Source: Iphione sp. A-MEVVRFRX5
Lineage: Eukaryota
Length of the DNA: 64,000 bases
Assembly (NCBI GenBank): GCA_976226885.1
Contig: OZ320322.1
Span: 42,470,001-42,534,000 of the forward strand
Reading direction: 5' to 3'
Of the stretch, positions 10,948 to 19,178 are shown one piece after another. The stretch's first letter is position 1; every line of letters begins with the position of its first letter. The notes below the pieces were generated by a model, which was not told the DNA's origin, ran no database searches, and was given only the letters and a program-made list of their open reading frames with translations. A program made the translations under genes and the position numbers.

Positions 10948-13668
10948 TCACAGGTAAACCGTCCATGACTCGCGGATGTGGACTTCCACGTTGGCCCCGG
11001 CGGTGGGCTCCTCCCGCCACGTGGACAGAAGCCGCACTGGACGGCCCCGCGTCAGCACCGTTCCGTAGTTGGCGTACCATGTGGCCAGCTCGCTGCCCGG
11101 GACCGGCACCCCAAGTCGTCGGAAGGTGACGGTCTGCCGGAGGACGACCTTCACCTGCCCGGCGGTGAGCACCTGCACATCCAAAGCCGAGGAGTTAGAA
11201 ATGACCATCCACCCGGGTGGTAGGGTGGATTCTGGTGACACCAAACGTGATGCCGCCCAGACGTACACGACGGCCGGAACCTCTTCCTCCGCTCCTGACG
11301 AGCCTGACACGTCTTGCAGGGATGCTCCCGTCCCAGGGGTTGGCCGGGCCGACCAAGGTACGCTGGGAGGTGCGGGCGGGCCAGAGGGGAGGTTTGGCCG
11401 CGTCCCCCACCCCCCCGGCCCCGGGAGCGCCGGTGGCCCCAGCGCAAGGGAGGGGCCCGAGGGAGGGCGTGCCCCGCGGCCAGGGCCCGGTGTCGGGCAG
11501 CGTGGAAGCCCTCCTGGCGATGCTGCTGCTGTTGGATCCTCCCAAGGTCTGACGGGGGCCACTCCGCGGGGGCTCGCTCTTCCCTCGCCTCCTGAGGTTC
11601 CCGGAGTGGATGTGAAAGGGGGCCCCCGTCCGCGGCCCCTTGTGGTCTCTCCAGCCGTCACAGGCACGCTGGCCCCGCCTTGCTTCTTTCGGGGTCCTTC
11701 CGGCCGAGTTATCCCCGGTACTGGGGACGTGCCCTGACCTCGAGTCCGCCCTGCGAACCAGCTCCCTCTCCCTCGCGAGGGCGCCGGCACCAGCTGGAGA
11801 TGAAGTGGAGAGGCCCGACGCACCCCCTCCGCCGGCCCTCTAGGCTCTCTAGGCCGCTCTGGGCTCGCCGTCTCTTCGGTGGCGTCTTCTTGTCGACTTC
11901 CAGTCGGTACTTCCTCGGGGGTCGTGCCTGTGGCTGGGCTGGCGGCGGGGCTGGTGGCTGGCCCAACCCCCTCTGTTGTGGCTACCTCGTCCCCTGTCGG
12001 CCCACTGGGCTCATGTGTCCGCCCTGGACCCACCGTCACCTCTTCGCCTCTCCGCTCCAGGGTGGTTGGAATGTTCCGCTGGCTCTCCGTTGGTGCCTCT
12101 ACGATGATCAGGCTCGCGGCTGAACTGTCCGTGGGGTCGGGAGTTGGGCCGGCCCCCTCGGTGGCAGTAAGGTTGGATATCACGCCGCCACCCGGGCTCT
12201 CCTCCGTCTCCGCCTCCTTCTGCGTCACGGAAGTTGGGACCTCTTCCTGCTGCGGACTCCCCGGAGGTCTTGCCGTGATTCCCACTGTGTCTGCGTCGTT
12301 GGTCCCCAGAGGCACCCTCGGTGCCGTGGGCATGGTTGGCTGGGGAATCAGTGTCTGGCACGGGTGAGCTGTGCGGGCGCAGGGCCGTGCCGTCGGGGGG
12401 GGGGGGGGCTCCGGCTCCTCCTCGGAGGATTCCTCCTCAAAGAGGGTCGCCAGCTCCTGGTCCTCCTCACCGTCGTCCCCGGGGGCCTGCCCCTCACTCG
12501 AGGACCCGTGTGTCACGGTCGGGCCTGTGGTCAAGGGCTCCCCGGCTGGGTCAGCCTCCGTGGCCCCCCCCAATCTCGGCTTCTTGGCTGGCGATGGTGT
12601 GATGGACCCGGGCGGTGTTACAAGGTCCACCACGTCTCCCTCCACCGGCCGTTCCCAACCTAAGCCTAGGCGTTCGTCCAGCCGACGTTCGTCTTCTTCC
12701 CACGATGGCGCTCCAATCGGGGTCCCTTGCCTGGGCTCCCCGCGACGGTCGGGGGCACCCCTGCCCATGCCAGGGAGGCGACATGGGGGTGACAGCCCGG
12801 CAGACCGGGCCGTGGGGGAGGCCCAGAAGGTCGCTCGCACTCCCACCTGGCGAGTCCCCGCCGCACCGGAGAGTCCGGACAATCCCTCGCCCCTCGGCTC
12901 CACGGTCGTTCCCCGGGGCAGGGTCACCTGCAGTTGCGGGGGAGGCTCGTCAGCCGACGTCTGGCTAGCTGAGTCCAGGAATAGTCTGCGTCCCTTGTAG
13001 TGCGACGCCCCGGCAGGCAGGTCTATGTTGTCGGGTGTGGCTACCTCTGGCCGTGGTGGGGGGGCGTCCCGTCCTTCTTTTTCTCGGGAAGGGGGGCGGT
13101 GCAGTCTTGCATACGTGCGAGTGGCCAAACGCTGGTCCAAGCGGGGCGGAGGTCCCGATCCCCCACTGCCCTGACTGTCTCCCGTCGCGGCTCCCGTGGA
13201 GCCAGTGTACTGGCCTAGGGCTTCCTGGGGCGAGGGCTCGGCCGTGGAAGGGATGCTGCCATCACCCGCCCCGTCGGGGGTTCCTGTGCCGCGATCCGAC
13301 GTCTGACCGGAGACGGGGGACCCCCCTCCTTCGCTGTCTGGCGGGAGATCGGGCATGGCCGACGCTGGAGGCCCGGGGGCGCGATGGTCAGGCCCCTCCT
13401 CGCGAAGGACGCTGGCCGCCCATTCCTTCACCAAGCGCCGCACCTCATCTGTGGAAGAGTCCCGGCCTGAGCTGCTACTAGGCGGGGGACCCGGTGGGGT
13501 CTGCGGTCCTTGGTGTGGGGCATCCACTGAGCGGCCCGTCCCTCGTCCCTCCAGAGCAGCAGCGGTGCCCTCGGCGCCAGGAGGGCGTGGCGGTGCCCCC
13601 TTATCCGGTTCCGGTGCCCCTGTGGTTGCGGGCGGTGGGGAGGTCCGGCGCAACTGCTCCCACTCCGG
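10948..13668 (-). CDS. Accessory ORF (906 stop-free codons): disordered P/G/T/E-rich region plus C-terminal ~110-aa beta-rich domain of unknown function
   Basis: Stop-to-stop frame of 2.7 kb ending about 190 bp before the PPT/LTR; first ATG at 13356; no signal peptide or transmembrane segment; likely the frameshifted continuation of the zinc-finger ORF. Confidence 0.8.
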   Translation of the reverse strand, partial: PEWEQLRRTSPPPATTGAPEPDKGAPPRPPGAEGTAAALEGRGTGRSVDAPHQGPQTPPGPPPSSSSGRDSSTDEVRRLVKEWAASVLREEGPDHRAPGPPASAMPDLPPDSEGGGSPVSGQTSDRGTGTPDGAGDGSIPSTAEPSPQEALGQYTGSTGAATGDSQGSGGSGPPPRLDQRLATRTYARLHRPPSREKEGRDAPPPRPEVATPDNIDLPAGASHYKGRRLFLDSASQTSADEPPPQLQVTLPRGTTVEPRGEGLSGLSGAAGTRQVGVRATFWASPTARSAGLSPPCRLPGMGRGAPDRRGEPRQGTPIGAPSWEEDERRLDERLGLGWERPVEGDVVDLVTPPGSITPSPAKKPRLGGATEADPAGEPLTTGPTVTHGSSSEGQAPGDDGEEDQELATLFEEESSEEEPEPPPPPTARPCARTAHPCQTLIPQPTMPTAPRVPLGTNDADTVGITARPPGSPQQEEVPTSVTQKEAETEESPGGGVISNLTATEGAGPTPDPTDSSAASLIIVEAPTESQRNIPTTLERRGEEVTVGPGRTHEPSGPTGDEVATTEGVGPATSPAASPATGTTPEEVPTGSRQEDATEETASPERPREPRGPAEGVRRASPLHLQLVPAPSRGRGSWFAGRTRGQGTSPVPGITRPEGPRKKQGGASVPVTAGETTRGRGRGPPFTSTPGTSGGEGRASPRGVAPVRPWEDPTAAASPGGLPRCPTPGPGRGARPPSGPSLALGPPALPGPGGWGTRPNLPSGPPAPPSVPWSARPTPGTGASLQDVSGSSGAEEEVPAVVYVWAASRLVSPESTLPPGWMVISNSSALDVQVLTAGQVKVVLRQTVTFRRLGVPVPGSELATWYANYGTVLTRGRPVRLLSTWREEPTAGANVEVHIRESWTVYL

Positions 13669-16600
13669 TCAGCGTCCCCGGTCATGGTCTCCTCCCCACC
13701 CAGGGGGCCCGACGACACCGTCCGGGATACCACTCCCGGCGCCCGGGCAGACGGCAGGGCACTCTCCTCCGACGAACTGGGAGGGCGATCCCTCCGTTGT
13801 CGGGTGGGCGCTCCCCGTCGCCGTCGTGCCTTCCGGGTCCCCCCGATTGCTCGGGGTCCCGACGGGGTCCATGCGCCAGTAGACGTCGACGGCTGCGCTG
13901 GCGGTGGCTCCGCCCAGTCCTCTGGCTGCTCGGCCGATGAACCAGCTTCGGGCCCTTGCTGCCGCGGCGTTGCAGCCCCTGGGATGACTGCGGAGGGTCC
14001 CTCTGCTCGGTTGTCGCTACCTTCTTCCGGCGTAGCGGAGCGCCCTCTTTTTTTACTGCTTCGCTTGGAGGCCCCTCTATGCGTCGGGAGTCGGCCCGCC
14101 GCTCTGCGCACTTCCTTCTCCCGGCTCTTCTTTTCTCGGGCCCGGGCTCGCTGAAGCATCTCCACCTTATCGGCCGGGCAGAGACGCGGCTCCCCGTAGG
14201 TGGGGTTGAGACCCCAGAACCGCAGGTACTGGAGGTCCACTGTCAGGGCCCAATCGTTGGGTTCGTGGACCCCATTCAGGTGCCGCTTCCAGTCGGTGCG
14301 CCGGTGGAAGGCTTGTTGCTCACACTCGGGGTCGGGGCACAACCAGCCCAATCCCTCAGGCGCATGCACATCTTTCAGGTGGGGGCGCAGGTTGGACGGC
14401 TGTGCGAACGTGGATGCACAGCGGGAGCAGCAGTGACGGCGCTCCTCCGGGGCACCTGGTTCCTCCTCGCCAGAGGACCCCGAGTCGTCGCTCTCAGCGT
14501 CGGGTGGGGGGGCGTCCTCTGGTGCGTCAGCCATGTCGTCGATGTGGCGATGCGGCACCGGTGAGGCACAATTCGCAGGTGGCGCACGGCCGCTCGGTGA
14601 CGAGACAGCGAGGGCCGCAGCGGCACTGCGGGTCTGAACCGGTTTCGGTGGGGCACGGTCGGCCTCTGCGGCGCTGCGGGTCTCCTCGCGTGGATGGCTG
14701 GTTACGGTACTGCTGCGATCCTCTCGCTGTTGGTCGTCGCCGGGTAGTGCCGCGGCGGTGCCCTGGCACCCTGGCTGCGGCGATGCGTCTGCTAGATCGC
14801 CGCACAGCGGCAGGGGTGCGTCGACTCCACTGGGGCGTGCGAGCCTGCGGCCACTACGTCGGAGGGGGATGGTGCGGCTACAGTCCACCCCCGTGCGGCA
14901 CGCCAGTCGAGCTGCGGAAGAAAGGTACCCATGAGAGTAACGGTTCCAGGTAGTTCCCTCCGCAGCGGCGACAGGTTTACCACACATTTCATCGAAAAAC
15001 AAGGGTGCATCACGACCTTCGCCGCTCACCCAGCGCGGCTTTCTCCCGTTACCCCGGTTATCGCCCATGTGTGCTGCTACCAACGGTAGGTTCCTCACCT
15101 CGTGCTGCCGCGGCGAATCCCTCGTCGAAGTCAGACGTTGAGCGGCAGCGGCTTCTCTTCTGTCGCCGTGGCCCCGGGTCGATGTTCTCTGGTCAGTGGG
15201 CTTAGGTGCGTTCTGTCGGTGCTCGACACGTGTCGCGTGGATCACGACGCTGTGGATCGTGTGGTGTCGCTCGGGTGCAACTTCCTGCGGCTCCCCTGGC
15301 GCCGCCTGGAGACTAGCGGTCGAATCACGCGGTATTACGGTTGACGGGGTGGGGCCCAGCGCGCTGCCTCTTATACGCTGAGATGCGGCTGCGGCGCCCT
15401 CTATCAGCATGGCGTAACTGTGCGGCCTTGCGGCTTCCTCCTGGGCCCGCTGCATCTCGTCCTGTGCCGCTGTGGCCTCCTGAACGCCGCACGTTACTTG
15501 GGGGTTGAGATGGGCGATCTTCAGGCGATCTGCATGAACTACTCTATGCCGATGTCCATGACTGACTCGGTACACCACTTCGGACAACACCTTCTCCACG
15601 GTCCAAGGCCCCTCCCACCAACTCTGCAACTTCGGGGAGATTCCCTTCTTACGGGCCGGGGTGAAAAGCCAGACTCGGTCGCCCTCGGCGTACCGTTGGT
15701 GCCTCACCCCTCGGTTGTACCAGTCCTTCTGTTGTGCTGCCACACGACTCAGCTTCTCTGCTACTTTCTCATGCGCCCGGCGGACCTCTTCCGCTATCCG
15801 GCTCGCGTATTCCCCACGATCCACCAGGGGTGGGGCCGGGCCACCATAGCGCAGCTCCACTGGCAGCGTCACCTCTCGGTGCAACAACGTCTGGTTCGGT
15901 GATTCCCCCGTGGCGTTGTGGGGGGTGGCCCGGTAGGCGGCCATCACGAACGGCAGGGCTTGGTCCCAGTCCTTCCGGCGCTCCTCGGCTAGCGTGCCCA
16001 GCATGTTCCCCAATGTGCGATTAAATCGCTCGACTACCCCATCACTCTGGGGGTGGTAGGGGGTGGTTCGGGATTTCTCTATCCCGAGGAGTCGTAGTAC
16101 TTCCACGAACAGCGCCGCCTCAAAATTACGGCCCTGGTCCGAATGGAGTACCCGTGGGGGGCCGAAACGGCAGACCACTTCCCTAACGATGATGTCTGCT
16201 GTGGCCGCCGCGGTGGCCTCTTCAAGAGGGAACGCCTCCGTCCACTTCGAGAAGTGGTCGGCCACTACCAGGATGTACCTGTTTCCCCTCTCTGTCACAG
16301 GAAGCAGCCCCAAGATGTCTGCCGCCAGCACTTCCCACGGCTCCGACACGGGGCATCCTTGCAGGTGGGCCCGGTGGCGCCTCCCCTGCCCCTTCCTTTG
16401 TTGGCATGCCTGACAGCACTGGGACCAGCGTGCAACGTCGCGCGACATCCCGGGCCAAAACCAGCGCCGGCGCAGCGCTGCTCCAGTCTTCTCTGGACCA
16501 AGATGGCCACCCACCGGGCCCGCGTGGGTCTCCTGCCAGAGGCTTTTCCGTATGGCCCGGGGGACATAGGTCTGAGGGAGCCTCTGCCGGTCCTCCTCTT

Positions 16601-16670
16601 CCCAAAGGCGCACCAGTGCTCCTGATCGGAGCTCGAGTCTCGGGCCTTCCGCTCTGAGCTGTCTTTCTTC
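13428..16670 (-). CDS. pol: Pol part 2: integrase (HHCC, DDE, GPY/F) continuing in frame through a ~320-aa linker into a C2H2 zinc-finger region
   Basis: Same frame as part 1 directly after the TAG; HAGPVGGH...CCQAC, DILG, HSDQGRNF, DGVVERFN, WEGPWTV; no stop until 13428. Confidence 0.9.
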   Translation of the reverse strand, partial: EERQLRAEGPRLELRSGALVRLWEEEDRQRLPQTYVPRAIRKSLWQETHAGPVGGHLGPEKTGAALRRRWFWPGMSRDVARWSQCCQACQQRKGQGRRHRAHLQGCPVSEPWEVLAADILGLLPVTERGNRYILVVADHFSKWTEAFPLEEATAAATADIIVREVVCRFGPPRVLHSDQGRNFEAALFVEVLRLLGIEKSRTTPYHPQSDGVVERFNRTLGNMLGTLAEERRKDWDQALPFVMAAYRATPHNATGESPNQTLLHREVTLPVELRYGGPAPPLVDRGEYASRIAEEVRRAHEKVAEKLSRVAAQQKDWYNRGVRHQRYAEGDRVWLFTPARKKGISPKLQSWWEGPWTVEKVLSEVVYRVSHGHRHRVVHADRLKIAHLNPQVTCGVQEATAAQDEMQRAQEEAARPHSYAMLIEGAAAASQRIRGSALGPTPSTVIPRDSTASLQAAPGEPQEVAPERHHTIHSVVIHATRVEHRQNAPKPTDQRTSTRGHGDRREAAAAQRLTSTRDSPRQHEVRNLPLVAAHMGDNRGNGRKPRWVSGEGRDAPLFFDEMCGKPVAAAEGTTWNRYSHGYLSSAARLACRTGVDCSRTIPLRRSGRRLARPSGVDAPLPLCGDLADASPQPGCQGTAAALPGDDQQREDRSSTVTSHPREETRSAAEADRAPPKPVQTRSAAAALAVSSPSGRAPPANCASPVPHRHIDDMADAPEDAPPPDAESDDSGSSGEEEPGAPEERRHCCSRCASTFAQPSNLRPHLKDVHAPEGLGWLCPDPECEQQAFHRRTDWKRHLNGVHEPNDWALTVDLQYLRFWGLNPTYGEPRLCPADKVEMLQRARAREKKSREKEVRRAAGRLPTHRGASKRSSKKRGRSATPEEGSDNRAEGPSAVIPGAATPRQQGPEAGSSAEQPEDWAEPPPAQPSTSTGAWTPSGPRAIGGTRKARRRRGAPTRQRRDRPPSSSEESALPSARAPGVVSRTVSSGPLGGEETMTGDADRSGSSCAGPPHRPQPQGHRNRIRGHRHALLAPRAPLLLWRDEGRAAQWMPHTKDRRPHRVPRLVAAQAGTLPQMRCGAW
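14265..14429 (-). other. Two tandem C2H2 zinc fingers
   Basis: CSRCASTFAQPSNLRPHLKDVH fits C-x2-C-x3-F-x5-L-x2-H-x4-H; CPDPECEQQAFHRRTDWKRHLNGVH is C-x4-C-x13-H-x4-H. Confidence 0.85.
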
Positions 16671-19178
16671 CTAGGTCAACCCAGCCCGCAGTCCAGGGAG
16701 GGGCCCCCCTTCCTCCAGCGCTTGGATGAGCTCGCCTGTTGCCGGTTCCACCCTCTGCATCTGGCACACATCTGGACCACCCTCCACTCCGGCGATGCCT
16801 ACCGCCGCCGCACTCTCGGACCCCAGGTCTCGCCGGCCGCACTGCTTGCATTCTTGCCGTGATAGTCCGTCTGCGTTACCATGTCGTTTCCCTGGCAGGT
16901 GCGTGATCCGGAGGTCATGACAGAAGACCTCCTCCAACCACCTGGCCAGCTGACCTTGTGGTTCGTGGAAGTTACACAGCCAGCGCAAGGAATCATGGTC
17001 GGTGCGGATGTCAATGGCCCGGCCCCCCACATAGCATCTAAACTTCCGGAGGGCGAACACCACCGCCAAGAGTTCCTTCCTCGTAACGCAATAGTTCCGC
17101 TCGGGGCGGGTCAGTGTGCGGCTGGCGTAGGCTAGCACCCGCTCACGCCCTTCCTGCACTTGAGACAACACCGCACCGATGCCAGTGTCGGAAGCATCGG
17201 TGTCCAGGAGCAGCTGCCCCACGGGTGTCGGATAACCCAGGATGGGGGTAGTGGACAGCCGGGCCTTCAGCTGTTCGAAGGCTTCTTGACAGGCCGGGGA
17301 CCACTCAAACTCCCGCTCTGCTCCAGCCAGGGCATGCAGGGGTGCCGCTAGGGTGGCAAACCCTTCCACAAAGCTGCGGTAGTACGAGCAGAGTCCTAGA
17401 AAGCTACGAAGTTCTGCTGCACACCGAGGGCGGGGCCATCGCGAGACGGCCCTGATCTTCTCTGGGTCGACCCCCACTCCTTCCGCCGAGACCCGATGGC
17501 CCAGGTATGCCACCTCTCGCTGGAATAGTTGACACTCGGACGCTTTGACGCGGAGTCCGGCCTCAATCAGCCTCTGGAATACTGTGCTGAGTCGTGTGCA
17601 CATCTCCTCCACCGAGCGGCCCAGGACGATCACATCGTCGAGGTACACTAAACACTCGGTGCCCACGAGGCTCCGCAGTACGGACTCCATAAGCCGCTCA
17701 AAGGTGGAGGGCGCGTTGCAGAGGCCGAACGGCATTACCCGGAACTGGTAAAGGCCGTTCGGGGTGCATGCCGCCGTCTTTTCTGCGTCCGCTGGCTCCA
17801 TCTCGACCTGCCAGTAACCGCTGGCCAGGTCGATTGCCGAAAAATACTGGCTACCCTGCAGAGCATCGAGGGTGTCGTCTATCCGGGGGAGGGGGAACGC
17901 GTCCTTCTTGGTGATGGCGTTGAGTTTGCGATAGTCGATGCAGAACCGTAGCCCCCCATCCTTCTTTTGTACGAGCACCAACGGAGATGCCCATGGACTT
18001 GTGGAGGGCTCCAGCACCCCCTTCTGCACCATCTTGTCTACCTCCGCGCGAACTGCCTCCCTCTTGTGAGGGGGGAGGCGCCTTGCTCGTTGACGAATGG
18101 GTGGGTGACCCTGGGTCTCGATGCGATGTCGGACTTCCGGGGTACGGCCGAGCGGACCACTGGCTGTCTGGAAGACCTCGCGATGGCGCCGTAGCATGGC
18201 CGCTATCTGCTGCCGCTCCGGGTCGGTGGTCTCTACCGGTAGTTGCCCTAGCAAGTACTCTACAGCTTGCTCTTGCTCTGCCTCCACCTGCTCCTGGGGA
18301 GCCTCGGGTGGTCCAAGCACCGCGGCGACCTGACGGAGCTCGGCCAACCGGGTTCCCTCGAAGACTTGTGTCACCTGGGAGCCGGGGTTCCACACTGGAA
18401 CCCACACCCTCCCCTCCTGAGGTCGTACCAGCGCGCAAGCCACTCGTAGCCCCGAGCGTGACTCGAACCTGGCGTCAGGCTCCGCCAACCCTTCCAAAGA
18501 GTCGACCCCTCCTTGACACGCCTTCGCCTGAACCCAGCCTATTCCTCCCGCAGGAATCTCTTGACTGCTGCTGGCTCGCAGGGTGGCCGCCCATTCACGG
18601 TTGCCGGGCCAAACAGTGACCGTGGCCTCCCTCGTATCTACTGTTGCCGCCCACCGATCCAGCCAGTCGAAGCCAAGTAGACCCGGTATCTCCATCTCTA
18701 CCACAATGGCCACCACCTGTAGGGTGACCCCTGCGAACCGAACTTCGCAATCCACCAGCCCCAATACTTGTAGGGCGCTGCCATCCACTCTGAAGACTCG
18801 CGCCCCCGCCGGGTCCAACGACACCCCCTGTAGTTCTCGGTAGGTCCGTGCCGAGAGGAGGGAAGCGGAGGCTCCTGTGTCCACCAGCCAGTCCACCACC
18901 TGTCCGCCGACTTCTCCCTCTAGCAATACTCCCCGGCACCCCGTCCTCCTCCTTCCCTGCAGTACCCTCCTTGGCTCCCCCTCGACGGCAGCGACCATCG
19001 CCTCCAAGGGGGGTCCCAGGCCGGGTGGTACGGAATCGGACGCCGCCCGCCCTACTGAGCCGGGGCGGGCGGCTTCTCGTTTTCCGGCTGCGCTGGAGCA
19101 ACGTCGGTGGTGTTCTCGGCTGCCTTCCGTACTGGGCAGTCCCGCTTGAAGTGCCCAGGCTCCTTGCAGTAAAAGCAT
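16671..19178 (-). CDS. pol: Pol part 1: aspartic protease, reverse transcriptase, RNase H; ends at an in-frame TAG (16673-16671)
   Basis: Protease LVDTGAS; RT LVQKKDGGLRFCIDYRKLN, RVMPFGLCNAP, YLDD; RNase H LDTDASDTGIGAVL, ELLAVV, RTDH, NADGLSR. Confidence 0.95.
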   Translation of the reverse strand: MLLLQGAWALQAGLPSTEGSREHHRRCSSAAGKREAARPGSVGRAASDSVPPGLGPPLEAMVAAVEGEPRRVLQGRRRTGCRGVLLEGEVGGQVVDWLVDTGASASLLSARTYRELQGVSLDPAGARVFRVDGSALQVLGLVDCEVRFAGVTLQVVAIVVEMEIPGLLGFDWLDRWAATVDTREATVTVWPGNREWAATLRASSSQEIPAGGIGWVQAKACQGGVDSLEGLAEPDARFESRSGLRVACALVRPQEGRVWVPVWNPGSQVTQVFEGTRLAELRQVAAVLGPPEAPQEQVEAEQEQAVEYLLGQLPVETTDPERQQIAAMLRRHREVFQTASGPLGRTPEVRHRIETQGHPPIRQRARRLPPHKREAVRAEVDKMVQKGVLEPSTSPWASPLVLVQKKDGGLRFCIDYRKLNAITKKDAFPLPRIDDTLDALQGSQYFSAIDLASGYWQVEMEPADAEKTAACTPNGLYQFRVMPFGLCNAPSTFERLMESVLRSLVGTECLVYLDDVIVLGRSVEEMCTRLSTVFQRLIEAGLRVKASECQLFQREVAYLGHRVSAEGVGVDPEKIRAVSRWPRPRCAAELRSFLGLCSYYRSFVEGFATLAAPLHALAGAEREFEWSPACQEAFEQLKARLSTTPILGYPTPVGQLLLDTDASDTGIGAVLSQVQEGRERVLAYASRTLTRPERNYCVTRKELLAVVFALRKFRCYVGGRAIDIRTDHDSLRWLCNFHEPQGQLARWLEEVFCHDLRITHLPGKRHGNADGLSRQECKQCGRRDLGSESAAAVGIAGVEGGPDVCQMQRVEPATGELIQALEEGGPLPGLRAGLT
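19042..19085 (-). promoter_or_regulatory. Candidate -1 ribosomal frameshift signal (gag to pol)
   Basis: pol is in the -1 frame relative to gag; G_GAA_AAC at 19085-19079, 5-nt spacer, then a perfect 11-bp stem GCCGCCCGCCC/GGGCGGGCGGC with a 10-nt loop that overlaps the gag TAG. Confidence 0.75.

Noticed and set aside
13428-13668. Programmed -1 frameshift at the ORF3 overlap
   Set aside because: No slippery heptamer with an AAA/UUU A-site in the correct frame; a 1-bp lesion is simpler
10948-14534. ORF3 as an env gene
   Set aside because: No signal peptide, transmembrane helix or fusion-protein features; the composition is nuclear and disordered
15400-15520. Chromodomain after integrase
   Set aside because: No chromodomain aromatic-cage pattern after the GPY/F motif
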